Position numbers and translations under genes: made by a program. Of a stretch of DNA of 64,000 nucleotides, positions 37,025 to 47,210 are shown one piece after another. How positions within the stretch are numbered: position 1 is the first letter of the stretch; each line of letters begins with the position of its first letter. A model generated the notes under the pieces. It was given only the letters and a program-made list of their open reading frames with translations. It was not told the DNA's origin and searched no databases. Source of the DNA: a virus (Duplodnaviria > Caudoviricetes); the IMG/VR virus record IMGVR_UViG_3300043409_003130, positions 1 through 64,000 of that record, one strand, 5' to 3'.

Positions 37025-38970
37025 AAGATTTTATAACAAATAGTGGAGGAACCTCTAAATTAAAACTTTCAAATTTAGATCCTGAGAATAATGCAATTTG
37101 GACATCCGAAAAGATTAATCAACTATTAGAAGATTTTGAAAATGGAGTAATTGATATTAAAACAATCAAAAATTCTCCGTTTAAAGATAATGATCCAGCC
37201 TGGAAAAAAGCAAATCTAGTATTTGAATATACTCCAGAAGAGCTTGATGAAATCCGAAAGTGTAAAGCTGATCCTGTTTATTTTGCAAGTAGGCATGCTC
37301 AAGTAATGCAGGAACAGGGCATTGAGCAAATTATGCTAAGAGATTATCAAGAAGAGATAATTAAATCATTTAAAGATAACCGATTTAACTGTTTAATGGC
37401 GTCTAGACAAATTGGAAAAACTGTAATGTCTGGCCTATTTATTGCATGGTACCTAGTATTTCATACTGATAAAAATGTATTGGCTGTAGCCAATATTGCA
37501 TCAACCACTAAGGAGGTTTTAGATAAAATTAAATCAGTACTTGAAAATTTACCGTTCTTCTTAAAACCTGGCTGTGTTTCAAATAATGTAATGTCAATGA
37601 AGTACGATAATGGGTGCAGACTAATTGGCCGTACTACCACTAAAAATACTGGTATTGGTTTTACAATCCATGTACTCTATATTGACGAATTTGCGCATAT
37701 TAATGCCTCATATTTGGACTTTTTTTATCGAGCAATTTATCCAACTATTTCAGCATCAAAGAACTCAAAAATCATAATAACTTCAACTCCAAATGGTATG
37801 AATCGTTTTTATGAAATTTACATGGATGCAATGAATCATAATAATGAATATGTTCCATTAAGAGTAGATTGGTGGCAGGTTCCTGGAAGAGATGATGAAT
37901 GGAAACGCAGTACAATTGCAAACTTAGGCTCAGAAGAAGACTTTAACCAGGAATATGGGTTGCAATTCTTTTCATCAGATAAATTATTACTACAGTCTAA
38001 AGATCTTAAAAAAATATTTGCCCTTAGAACTCAATACGTCATCCCAGAGTGGGCTCAAAACCCAACTACATTAGATCTATTACACGGACTTACCGTTCAC
38101 CCAAACTTTAACAAGTTAACCCTAAATGATATTAAAAATGATAAAAACTACTATATATTTTCAATTGATACAGCTGACGGTTTAAATCGTGACTATTCAG
38201 TAATTAATATTTTTAAGTTTATTGCACTGCCATTAAAAATGCTGACTCCAGTAAAGGAGTTCATTAAAAACGAAACTGATATTTTTTCGCTAGTTCAAGT
38301 TGCAACGTTTAGAACAAATACCAAAGATATTAATCAATATTGTAATTCGTTAGAGTATTTATTATATACGGTATTTAATACTGATAAGGTAAGATTATTA
38401 GTCGAGTTAAATCATAAAGGCGAATATGTAATGGATAAAATTATGAAACATGAAGCCTATTGGAGTGGACTCCTTGTTTTTTCAAAGCATACAGAATCTG
38501 CACAGCACCTTAAACCTGGCCTTAAATTAACCACAACTAATAAAATTAAATTTTGCGAACGATTTAAATACTTAACGGCGGTTAATAAGATATTACCAAA
38601 TGAATTTAAAACAGTTCATGAGCTTGGAGCATTTGGCCGAACTTCTAATGGTACATACCGCAGCCAAAGTGGCAATGACGATTTGGCAATGACGTGTGTT
38701 AATTCAGCAGCATTTTTTGAATCTCCTAATTTTTTTGAATTAGCCAGTGATGAACTTGATAAACAGTCACCAGAATATATGGCAGAACTCTACTTAAATT
38801 TTTTAAATGAAGTATATTTATCAAAAGAGTCAAATTATGATTTTGAAATGATAAATTCTATGAATAGTGCAGGCACGGCTAGAACCAGTAATGCTAGCCA
38901 CCGACTAGATGAAAATTATATTGATAATCATAAATTAACTCTACAAAAATTTTATGGAAACACTGACTAA
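37021..38970 (+). CDS. terL: Terminase large subunit (T4 gp17-like)
   Basis: LRDYQ, Walker A ASRQIGKT, Walker B LYIDEFAHI, ITSTPNG, FNQEY, and nuclease motifs SIDTADG..DYS and NDDLAM. Confidence 0.95.
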   Translation: MKDFITNSGGTSKLKLSNLDPENNAIWTSEKINQLLEDFENGVIDIKTIKNSPFKDNDPAWKKANLVFEYTPEELDEIRKCKADPVYFASRHAQVMQEQGIEQIMLRDYQEEIIKSFKDNRFNCLMASRQIGKTVMSGLFIAWYLVFHTDKNVLAVANIASTTKEVLDKIKSVLENLPFFLKPGCVSNNVMSMKYDNGCRLIGRTTTKNTGIGFTIHVLYIDEFAHINASYLDFFYRAIYPTISASKNSKIIITSTPNGMNRFYEIYMDAMNHNNEYVPLRVDWWQVPGRDDEWKRSTIANLGSEEDFNQEYGLQFFSSDKLLLQSKDLKKIFALRTQYVIPEWAQNPTTLDLLHGLTVHPNFNKLTLNDIKNDKNYYIFSIDTADGLNRDYSVINIFKFIALPLKMLTPVKEFIKNETDIFSLVQVATFRTNTKDINQYCNSLEYLLYTVFNTDKVRLLVELNHKGEYVMDKIMKHEAYWSGLLVFSKHTESAQHLKPGLKLTTTNKIKFCERFKYLTAVNKILPNEFKTVHELGAFGRTSNGTYRSQSGNDDLAMTCVNSAAFFESPNFFELASDELDKQSPEYMAELYLNFLNEVYLSKESNYDFEMINSMNSAGTARTSNASHRLDENYIDNHKLTLQKFYGNTD

Positions 38971-39275
38971 TGAAATTTACAGATTTAGAAAAACCGGATT
39001 TTTTAAAAGATAAGCATGTAATTTTTACTAAAATTATTAATGCAATTGAACGCTCTCATTTAAAAAAGTCTCCAAATATTTTCATTAAGAATATTAAATT
39101 AATGGAAGAAGTTGTTGATGTAATCGCAACCCGTGATGAATGGCCAGGTTGTTTAACTAGAGCCTTAACATTTTTTGAAAGTATTGAAGATTATGAATCA
39201 TGTCAAAGGTGTAAAAATCTTAATCAATTAATTAAATTACCAATTAAAAAAACTAGAAAAAATGGAAAATCGTAA
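38970..39275 (+). CDS. Hypothetical protein with UVR-like C-terminal motif
   Basis: LTFFESIEDYESCQRCKN motif; coupled to terL and phoH. Confidence 0.55.
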   Translation: MKFTDLEKPDFLKDKHVIFTKIINAIERSHLKKSPNIFIKNIKLMEEVVDVIATRDEWPGCLTRALTFFESIEDYESCQRCKNLNQLIKLPIKKTRKNGKS

Positions 39276-40002
39276 GGATTCTAAAAAACCGGCCAGGTCA
39301 AATAAACCTAAACGTGAGACGTATGAAATTTCAAAAAAGGATTTAAGAAATATTACGCTAAAGCAGTCTCAACAAATATATTTTAATAAAATTATAGCAA
39401 ATGAAATAACCTTTTGTTATGGACCAGCTGGAACGTCTAAAACGTTTACTGCATGTCTAGCGGCTCTTCAATTATATTTAGATGGCAAAATAAAAAAGAT
39501 CATTTTATCTAAGCCTATCCAAGAGTCTGGTGAAAAGCTTGGATTTTTACCTGGAGAAATAAAGGACAAAATTGATCCATTTATGGAAAGTTATCGATCA
39601 AATTTAGTAAAATTAATACATGACCCAAATTTAGTTAGTTGGTTAGAGTCAATTGGAGTTATTGAATTTAGGCCACTTGCCTATATGAGAGGCGCAACCT
39701 TTGATAATTGCTTAATGATATTAGATGAAGCTCAAAATGCAGATTTTAAACAATTAATGTTATTTGTAACCAGAATGGGAAAAGATTCTAAAGTATTGAT
39801 TTGCGGAGATGTAAGCCAATATGATATTGCAAAGAGTAAAGTAGCTTTACCGGATTTTATAAATGTGCTATCTGGAATTAACGGATTAGACGTTCATAAA
39901 TTTAACGATGAAGATATTGTAAGAAATAAAATTTTAATTCAAATAGCTGACCGCTATGATAAATGGAAAGAGTCAAACCCAAATCATCAATTTTTTAAGT
40001 AA
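39262..40002 (+). CDS. phoH: PhoH-like ATPase
   Basis: GPAGTSKT, LGFLPG, PLAYMRGATF, ILDEAQN, TRMG and GDVSQYD motifs. Confidence 0.95.
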   Translation: MENRKDSKKPARSNKPKRETYEISKKDLRNITLKQSQQIYFNKIIANEITFCYGPAGTSKTFTACLAALQLYLDGKIKKIILSKPIQESGEKLGFLPGEIKDKIDPFMESYRSNLVKLIHDPNLVSWLESIGVIEFRPLAYMRGATFDNCLMILDEAQNADFKQLMLFVTRMGKDSKVLICGDVSQYDIAKSKVALPDFINVLSGINGLDVHKFNDEDIVRNKILIQIADRYDKWKESNPNHQFFK

Positions 40003-40019
40003 GTTTTAAAAACCAAAAT

Positions 40020-40646
40020 ATGAGCGCATACGACCTAATAAACAAGCAACTCAATAATGAGATGCAAAAACTTGCTGAAAAAATAAAAAGCAAAGACTAT
40101 ACTGAACGTGATCGAAACCGATTAGCATCAATTATGTATCCAAAATTAAAATATTTTATATGGAAATTTTTTAATGATGAAGATGAAACTGCTGAAGTAT
40201 TGCATAATACTTTATTTAAAATATTTAAAGGCCTGGATTCGTATAATGATACATTTAGATTTACTACGTGGATTTATACAATTGCAAAAAATGAGGCACT
40301 ATTACATAAGCATAAGTTAATTAAAAATTATGCTATCAGAATTGATAATATGACTCGACCTTTAAATATTGAAGATGATAGTGTTTTTAATTTTGATAAA
40401 GAAATATACATTGAGTCTCTATATAAAATGACAACTGATGAATTGCAATCTCTGCCGGACGGTATTGAAAAATCAATTTTAGTAGACAAGGAAATTCATT
40501 CAATGAAAGGCGATGCAATTGCCTCTAAATATAATATGAATTTGAATACAGTTAAGACTAAAATTAGAAAGGCTCGAAAGATGCTAAAGGATTCTGTGCT
40601 TATTAAAAATCCACAAATGAAAGAAAATTTAACTACTTATTTTTAA
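40020..40646 (+). CDS. ECF-type sigma-70 factor
   Basis: Region 2 EVLHNTLFKIFKGLDSY...FTTWIYTIAKN; region 4 LP...IASKYNMNLNTVKTKIRKARKML. Confidence 0.88.
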   Translation: MSAYDLINKQLNNEMQKLAEKIKSKDYTERDRNRLASIMYPKLKYFIWKFFNDEDETAEVLHNTLFKIFKGLDSYNDTFRFTTWIYTIAKNEALLHKHKLIKNYAIRIDNMTRPLNIEDDSVFNFDKEIYIESLYKMTTDELQSLPDGIEKSILVDKEIHSMKGDAIASKYNMNLNTVKTKIRKARKMLKDSVLIKNPQMKENLTTYF

Positions 40647-40649
40647 ATT

Positions 40650-41150
40650 ATGAAAGATTTTATTAATCCTGTTACTTTTTATGAAACTATTGTAATCATA
40701 GTTAAAAATTTAAAAAATTTTATTTTTTATAGAACCAAAATGTCAGCTATCAATAAAAGTGGAGTTCTAAAACAGACAGGTTTAAGATTAGACCTTCGAG
40801 CTAGGGCATATTACGTATTAAATATTGAACCTGAATTATTAATGATGGGCCAAGATACACTAGAGTTAGAAAAAAGTAGAGTATTTGAGTCATTAACTAA
40901 AAAGAAAGAACTTTTTGAAAACCATAATTTAACTGAATTAATTGAGGCAAAAACTGACCGAATTAAAACCTCTGACTACTATGCCTACCTAATTCAAATT
41001 AAATATAGACCCATGGCTACTGTTTCAAACCATATATATGTATTAAGCTGGTTAACCTGTTTAGGTTTTATTGCCTATTGGATATACCTAGGTTTTTTAA
41101 ATTACAATGAAATCCAAACCGGATTAGGGGACTTGCTTAATAAAAAGTAA
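40650..41150 (+). CDS. Membrane protein with C-terminal TM helix (possible anti-sigma)
   Basis: Hydrophobic segment IYVLSWLTCLGFIAYWIYLGFL; directly downstream of the sigma gene. Confidence 0.5.
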   Translation: MKDFINPVTFYETIVIIVKNLKNFIFYRTKMSAINKSGVLKQTGLRLDLRARAYYVLNIEPELLMMGQDTLELEKSRVFESLTKKKELFENHNLTELIEAKTDRIKTSDYYAYLIQIKYRPMATVSNHIYVLSWLTCLGFIAYWIYLGFLNYNEIQTGLGDLLNKK

Positions 41151-41176
41151 ATAAATAACTAAAAAATAAATTATAA

Positions 41177-41479
41177 ATGAAATTTATAGATCAACACTTT
41201 ACTAAAATTGTAATTATCATATTGTTTATTGCCTTTATACAAACCTGTACAATTTCACGAAAGTCTTCAAGTTTAGAAAAGCAGTCAAAAATAACAAATG
41301 CAAGATTAGATTCAATTCAGGCTATCTTATTTACTAAAAATGATATTGCTAAATTAATTGAAATTGAAGGTTTAAAATCTGAAAAAAGAATGATTCAATC
41401 AACTGACCGTAAGATATTTGATGTAAATCGTCAAGCCGAAATTGATAAAGAGATTAAAAAGATTGAATCAACTAAGTAA
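41177..41479 (+). CDS. Membrane-anchored or lipoprotein-like coiled-coil protein
   Basis: KIVIIILFIAFIQTC hydrophobic segment ending in Cys, then a coiled coil. Confidence 0.55.
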   Translation: MKFIDQHFTKIVIIILFIAFIQTCTISRKSSSLEKQSKITNARLDSIQAILFTKNDIAKLIEIEGLKSEKRMIQSTDRKIFDVNRQAEIDKEIKKIESTK

Positions 41480-42168
41480 TGGGGTCAAATACTGTTAAAT
41501 ATTTTATAATCAGTACATTTGTAACTCTATACCTGTTAGTATCCGTTATCTCTACAATTCACGTAATTAGCTTTTTTGAATTATCAAATCCGCAATGGTT
41601 AGCTATAAGCTTGGCTATTGCATTTGAAATTGGAGCAGCTGCCTCATTAGCATCATTAATAACCCTTGATAAAATGAATAAGGGTATTGTATGGGGCCTT
41701 TTTATTATATTAACATGCATGCAGGCAATGGGTAATACATATTATGCCTATATTAATTTAGAAAACTTTCAAGGTTGGATTGAACTATTTGGATTAAGTG
41801 AAGAGGACCAAATTTATCAAAAACGAATTTTATCAATTGTAAGCGGTGCAATTTTACCAGTCATTGCCTTGGGTTTTATTAAAGCACTGGTTGACTATAT
41901 TAAGCCAACCCCTGAGCAAATTGAGGTTAAAACTGATAATATAGTTGAGCCTGACATTAAATCAGCAATTCCTATAATAAATAGTATTGAGCCTGATCCA
42001 ATTGAGGACACTGATACTACTTATATGGATCAATATTTACCAAGCAAACCGGCTGAGCCAGTTGTTATAGATACGCCCGAAATTAATAAAACTCGGGTAT
42101 CCACTAAACTAACAGATTCAGCCCTTGCAAGAGGGTTTAGTGGTTTAAAAAAACCATTTGACCCATAA
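41479..42168 (+). CDS. Multi-pass membrane protein (about 4 TM) with acidic/Pro-rich tail
   Basis: Four hydrophobic helices in the N-terminal 140 aa. Confidence 0.6.
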   Translation: MGSNTVKYFIISTFVTLYLLVSVISTIHVISFFELSNPQWLAISLAIAFEIGAAASLASLITLDKMNKGIVWGLFIILTCMQAMGNTYYAYINLENFQGWIELFGLSEEDQIYQKRILSIVSGAILPVIALGFIKALVDYIKPTPEQIEVKTDNIVEPDIKSAIPIINSIEPDPIEDTDTTYMDQYLPSKPAEPVVIDTPEINKTRVSTKLTDSALARGFSGLKKPFDP

Positions 42169-42184
42169 AAATATTAACCAATGA

Positions 42185-42853
42185 ATGCCGTATATTACAT
42201 ATAAGGATGATCCTTTAGCCAAAAGAGTTAGTGCAGCATATGCCAATCTGTGTAGTAAATTTCCAAGTAAGAAATTTTTAAAACTAGTAGACCGATGTTT
42301 TGCTATTTTTAATGGGTCAAAGAAAGAGGCTAACTTTTGTGAATTAGAAGAGTTTATTTATCCAGTAGATGGACAATTATCAATTAATTTTGAAGTATGT
42401 GCAAATGAAACCTTATCAATATTTGATAATGGATTAGATGATATTAGTTCATACACTGCATCTGGGACTCCATCTAATTATCCACTTGGAGCTGACGCTG
42501 AATATATTGAATCGGTTGGAAATGGTACAGTTTTTTACTTAACGGCAAATGACCGAAACTATGCTAGAGGCTGTATACTATATGTAACCTATCCATCGCT
42601 TGATAAAAACGGAGATGATATATTACCAGCAGATCATGAATGTAACTTAATATTAACAAATAGAACTCTTGAAACCTATACAGTTTCATTACATCAGTTT
42701 TTCGCTCATTTCTCTAATCCTGAAACCAGGGGAGCGGATAGTTTGATAAATAAAATAGAGATATTTAATCCAAATGATAATTTTAGTATTAAAGTAACTG
42801 GATTAATTGTATATGTAAAAAGTAATGAAGACCCAAGCGATTGTGCTTGTTAA
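42185..42853 (+). CDS. Hypothetical protein
   Basis: 222-aa ORF, Cys-containing, ends in DCAC. Confidence 0.55.
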   Translation: MPYITYKDDPLAKRVSAAYANLCSKFPSKKFLKLVDRCFAIFNGSKKEANFCELEEFIYPVDGQLSINFEVCANETLSIFDNGLDDISSYTASGTPSNYPLGADAEYIESVGNGTVFYLTANDRNYARGCILYVTYPSLDKNGDDILPADHECNLILTNRTLETYTVSLHQFFAHFSNPETRGADSLINKIEIFNPNDNFSIKVTGLIVYVKSNEDPSDCAC

Positions 42854-42868
42854 AAAAAAGATAATAAA

Positions 42869-43195
42869 ATGATCGGACCTCCTGCTAAATTTTTAAGAAA
42901 ACATACCTCTGCTGAGAATTCAACAAATTATACCCCAGCTTTTACTGACCTATCGGGTTTCGGAAGCTCAAATGGATCAGTTGGTTCATGGACTCCTCTG
43001 TATTATGGTGTACATAACTATAGTGCTGCTCAAACAATTTCAGTATGGACAGTTGAACAAGGAACTGCTGGAACTGGAGTAAGCGTTTATGTATCTCAAG
43101 GAGGTACGTTTTATGCAAATATTTCAAAATTAACGGTTGGAACCAGTGGACCAGTTACGTTACTCGGTACAACAAATACTCAAGTTTCTCTATAA
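42869..43195 (+). CDS. Small Ser/Thr/Gly-rich hypothetical protein, possibly structural
   Basis: 108-aa ORF, TAATG-coupled to the next gene. Confidence 0.55.
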   Translation: MIGPPAKFLRKHTSAENSTNYTPAFTDLSGFGSSNGSVGSWTPLYYGVHNYSAAQTISVWTVEQGTAGTGVSVYVSQGGTFYANISKLTVGTSGPVTLLGTTNTQVSL

Positions 43196-43647
43196 TGGTA
43201 CCAGTTTTAACCTTTGGTCAAAGACAACAAGCACTAACCGGTCTTCCATTTTATGGAAAATCTGACTTTAATTTTGTTGCCTCAAAATCACCATTCAGTA
43301 ATGGTATTTCAATTAAATTACTGCCGTTGGCTGATTTATCTAGACCTGAAGTGGTTGCAACTGATGAATTTGATATGGATCTTAGAGCTCTAAACAATCA
43401 ATTTAAAAAGGGCTCTAGAATTACTGGTGTAAAAATTAATTCAACATTTACCAATAAGAAAAAGGAACCAACTATGATAATTGGTAAATTTGAAGGCATG
43501 ACAATAGATAAAGGAACCAAGACAATTCGAGCATTTATTACTGATCAACAAACCTTCAAGAAAGTTGAAGTTTATCCAGAAAGTTTAAACCGATTAACTG
43601 AATCCAAATCATACCTAGCGAAAACCTTCCTAGCATTTGTGATATAA
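43195..43647 (+). CDS. Hypothetical protein
   Basis: 150-aa ORF; C-terminal LTESKSYLAKTFLAF. Confidence 0.55.
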   Translation: MVPVLTFGQRQQALTGLPFYGKSDFNFVASKSPFSNGISIKLLPLADLSRPEVVATDEFDMDLRALNNQFKKGSRITGVKINSTFTNKKKEPTMIIGKFEGMTIDKGTKTIRAFITDQQTFKKVEVYPESLNRLTESKSYLAKTFLAFVI

Positions 43648-43670
43648 TTATCTAAACAACTCAATTAATT

Positions 43671-44696
43671 ATGATAGAAGAAGAACAACCATTAGATGAG
43701 GCTGCGCTTTTTTTGGAAAATCAAGATAAGATTTACGGAAAAAATGTTGATATTAACCAGGCAATTAAAACTGCTCAAACTGCTCAACCTGCTCCAATTA
43801 CTTCATTAGGTAATGCCTTAACTCCAATGCTAGAGTCTACAATTGGTGGACCAAATGATTCACTTTGGAAAAATGTGCCAATTGAAAACCTGCCAAGTAA
43901 AGGCCTATTTTATCCAGCAGACGCGGAGATTACGATAAAAGCCGCAACCGTTGCTGAAATTAGACACTGGTCTACAATTGATGACTCTGACATATTAGAT
44001 ATTGATGATAAACTAAATTATGTTATTGAGAAGTGCAGTCGATTTAAAATAAAGGGTGGAACTTCATGGTTATCATGGAGAGATATTTCAGAATTAGACA
44101 GAGTTGCTATAATTTTTCTAATTCAAGAATTAACATTTCCGGCTGATCAAAATTCATTATTTTCAGAATTTGAGTGTACTGAATCATGTAAAGGCCAGGT
44201 TAAATGGAAAGACTCTGTCAAGATTAAGAGTTCAATGTTAACCTTTATAGAATTACCTGAAGAGATAATGAAATATTATTCAGCTGAATATCGATGCTTT
44301 GAAGTAAAGTCAGAAAAATTAAATGAGATTTTTTATCTATACATGCCAACAATTGGAGCAATTGAAAGGTTAAGAGCCAGAATTGCTGAGGCTCGATCTA
44401 AAAATCGAAAACCTGATATGGCATTTTTATCAGTAGCGGCCTATTTAATTCAAGACTGGCAAGCATTTACTCAACAAGAATATTATAACTTGGTTAATAC
44501 CTCTTACGCTTGGCATATTAATAAATTTACATTTATTAAAAAGTTTACTGAATTAATAGAAAATGCTAGAGAATCGGTTGTAAGTACAGTTTGTCCAAAT
44601 TGTGGAAACAAGGTAACATCACCTCTTTTTACACAGTCCAGCTTCACGTTCAGGGATTTTTTCCTTATTTCAGGTGGACTTGACGAACTTATTTGA
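43671..44696 (+). CDS. Baseplate hub / tail assembly chaperone (T4 gp26-like)
   Basis: LPSKGLFYP, ITIKAATVAE, DRVAIIFLIQ, CPNCG and FRDFF near the C-terminus; lies upstream of the tape-measure-like gene. Confidence 0.7.
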   Translation: MIEEEQPLDEAALFLENQDKIYGKNVDINQAIKTAQTAQPAPITSLGNALTPMLESTIGGPNDSLWKNVPIENLPSKGLFYPADAEITIKAATVAEIRHWSTIDDSDILDIDDKLNYVIEKCSRFKIKGGTSWLSWRDISELDRVAIIFLIQELTFPADQNSLFSEFECTESCKGQVKWKDSVKIKSSMLTFIELPEEIMKYYSAEYRCFEVKSEKLNEIFYLYMPTIGAIERLRARIAEARSKNRKPDMAFLSVAAYLIQDWQAFTQQEYYNLVNTSYAWHINKFTFIKKFTELIENARESVVSTVCPNCGNKVTSPLFTQSSFTFRDFFLISGGLDELI

Positions 44697-44853
44697 TATT
44701 AACCGGATTCTGGCAGTGAAGCTTAATCAATCATTTAATAGTCTATATGAATTACCTTATTATGAATATATGTACTATTTAAAACTTTTAATAAATGAGA
44801 CTAGTGAAAATTCAAATGAAGTCTTTGAACTTGAACCAAACCGGCCAACGTAA
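44674..44853 (+). CDS. Unannotated 59-aa ORF (GTG start, or frameshift extension of the gp26-like gene)
   Basis: MDLTNLFDINRILAVKLNQSFNSLYELPYYEYMYYLKLL..., in the +1 frame overlapping the 3' end of 43671-44696; resembles the second part of tail chaperone pairs. Confidence 0.65.
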   Translation: MDLTNLFDINRILAVKLNQSFNSLYELPYYEYMYYLKLLINETSENSNEVFELEPNRPT

Positions 44854-44873
44854 TTAGCCAGTTTGGTTTTTTT
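44834..44873 (+). terminator. Intrinsic terminator
   Basis: AACCAAACCGGC...GCCAGTTTGGTT stem followed by a T run. Confidence 0.7.
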
Positions 44874-44913
44874 ATTATAAATAACAAAAAGAAATACTAA
44901 ATTATTTAAGTAA

Positions 44914-46980
44914 ATGGCTAATTCTAAGGAAATCGTAATTAAGATAGAAGGAGTAACTGACTTGGCTGCAAGTGGCGGAGCCCAAATAGTTGAATGTAAT
45001 AGTACTGGAAAGTCAAATATGCTTGGACCATTAGCTAAAGGTCTTAACCAAAACTCAACATGGAACGCTACCGTTTTAAATGATAAAGGTACAGTTACAA
45101 TTCCTAATATATCAATTTCTACATACTATTTAATACAGTTAGTTGGTACTCTGCCTGCTATAGTTAAGTCAGATGACCTTAATAAATCAGGTGAAGTTGT
45201 ATTAAAAAGAGACCCTAACACTGTTCTTGCGGAGCAGGAGGTGATTACCGATAAATTTGTTAAACCACCAGATGAGATAGAGGAGACCCCTGCTAGCACA
45301 GAGGACGGTGCCAGATTTGAATATGAAATTAATAATGATGTAAAAAAATCCAGAGTATCCGTTTCATTATACGGAATACTTCAACATAATGGAGTAATAG
45401 TAGACGATAAATTAATAGGAACTAGCGAAATCAAAAAATATAAAAAAGGTGACACTGGTGCAGATAGTATAGAGGTTATTGCCTCTGAGTTAAAAAGGCA
45501 AATAATTTATGATTCTCAAAATTTTATTCAATATAAGTATGATACTTATATTGAAACTGATAAAGTCAAAGAACGAAATGCTAAAAAGAGTGTACCGTCT
45601 AAAGTAACAAAAGCCGAAGCTGAAGCTATTACTAAGGACTTATGGAAAAAAATTGAAGCAAAGCGCGCACAAGACATAACGCCAACTAATGTAATTAATA
45701 CAGAGAATAAAGCCAACAGCCAATCCAATACCAAAAAAGGAGCGCTTAATTTGATGAAAATAGAGGGCGGCCATAATCTATTAGACGCGGACCCAGCTGC
45801 ATTTTATGAAAAAATAGATAAGACTGGTAAAGAGCCTAAGGTCGAACAAATTCCTTCAAATAATCAGTCAACTAATATATCCAAGATAATTACTGATAAT
45901 TCAGTTAAACAAGATAAAGATGGAAATATAATTACCTATTCAAATTCAAAAACTCAAAATATATCTAACAATAGCTCAAATGAAATAACTAATTCTATAG
46001 TCAAAACAGGTAGCCCTTCATCTGATGACAAATATAAAGATGCAGCAAAGGCAAATATTAATACCTATCAAGAATCTCAAAAGGTTCTGAAAGATGCACT
46101 TGGAGATCCTACGATAGATAAAGCGGGTAAAGCTGCAATAAAAAAAGAACTTGCTGCGGTAACTGCCACTCTTAAACAAGAAATAGCTAATTACAATAAA
46201 GAGTATCCTGATGATAAAACATACCAATCCGCTGGGGCTAAAGCAAATGTTACTAAAACAAATAAAAAAATATCAGCTGAGGCAAAAACTGAAAAAAAGG
46301 CTGAAACTAAATCCGCTGATGCCAAAACCGGACAAAAACTTGCTGAACCGGCTAAAACTGCTTTAGATAGCAAACAAAAAACTGAATCTGGTAAATCAGC
46401 CGACAGTGTATTACAGCAGCTTAGTGGAATGGATGATAAAAAAGATCCAGAGGTTAAGTCTAACACAAGTAGTTCAGTTGAAGATATTCAAAAGATTATT
46501 AATCAAGAATTAGATTATGACCCTCGTACAGATGCTGAAATTACTGATACAGTTAAGTCTGACTCTGGTATTAGTGCTGCTTCTGAGAAGTCAACGTTAA
46601 AGAACCAACCCCAACCTAAAATCAAGGTAAAAAAAGAAAAACAGAGTACCAAATCCATATTGGAAGAGAAGCCTAAGGCTATTGAATCTAAAACGGTTAA
46701 GGAATTAACTGCACTTAACAATAATATACAAAATTTAAACAAAAACCCAGTCAATATTGATAACGGGAGCCAAATTACAAATACCAATACTAATAATAAT
46801 AATACTAATCCAGTTGACCTTTATAAGAATCCTCGACCTGCGTCCAAACCTGGTAGCATGGCTAAAGAAACAAAAGAGAAACCTGAACCGGTTGATAATT
46901 CACAATCGGCTCTTAATTCTCAACTATTACATGCAATATACGATTTACTAAGTACCGGAATAAAAGTAAAATACTCATAA
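44914..46980 (+). CDS. Putative tape-measure / baseplate-hub-like protein
   Basis: Lys/Ser/Asn-rich extended protein with NNN-rich C-terminus and terminal amphipathic helix; follows the chaperone pair and TATAAATA at 44876. Confidence 0.4.
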   Translation: MANSKEIVIKIEGVTDLAASGGAQIVECNSTGKSNMLGPLAKGLNQNSTWNATVLNDKGTVTIPNISISTYYLIQLVGTLPAIVKSDDLNKSGEVVLKRDPNTVLAEQEVITDKFVKPPDEIEETPASTEDGARFEYEINNDVKKSRVSVSLYGILQHNGVIVDDKLIGTSEIKKYKKGDTGADSIEVIASELKRQIIYDSQNFIQYKYDTYIETDKVKERNAKKSVPSKVTKAEAEAITKDLWKKIEAKRAQDITPTNVINTENKANSQSNTKKGALNLMKIEGGHNLLDADPAAFYEKIDKTGKEPKVEQIPSNNQSTNISKIITDNSVKQDKDGNIITYSNSKTQNISNNSSNEITNSIVKTGSPSSDDKYKDAAKANINTYQESQKVLKDALGDPTIDKAGKAAIKKELAAVTATLKQEIANYNKEYPDDKTYQSAGAKANVTKTNKKISAEAKTEKKAETKSADAKTGQKLAEPAKTALDSKQKTESGKSADSVLQQLSGMDDKKDPEVKSNTSSSVEDIQKIINQELDYDPRTDAEITDTVKSDSGISAASEKSTLKNQPQPKIKVKKEKQSTKSILEEKPKAIESKTVKELTALNNNIQNLNKNPVNIDNGSQITNTNTNNNNTNPVDLYKNPRPASKPGSMAKETKEKPEPVDNSQSALNSQLLHAIYDLLSTGIKVKYS

Positions 46981-47210
46981 TGAAATATCTAGACCAAATA
47001 AAGAAAATCGTATTAAATTACGATAAAATTCAGCAATCTTTAAATTTATTAGAAGAACAGGCTCATATACTAAATTTAAGTAAAAATGCAATTGAATTAC
47101 AGTTAGCTGAAGTAAAAGAGTCAGAACGACTCCTAATAGATAAAATAAAGTCTGAAACTGGAGAAGTTCCTGACTTTTATAAAATTTTACAAGAATTACA
47201 AAAAGTATGA
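46980..47210 (+). CDS. Small coiled-coil protein
   Basis: 76-aa heptad-rich ORF coupled at both ends. Confidence 0.6.
   Translation: MKYLDQIKKIVLNYDKIQQSLNLLEEQAHILNLSKNAIELQLAEVKESERLLIDKIKSETGEVPDFYKILQELQKV

Noticed and set aside
37021-38970. Intein or intron in terL
   Set aside because: ORF is continuous, all motifs are present, and there is no intein C...HN junction or homing endonuclease motif.
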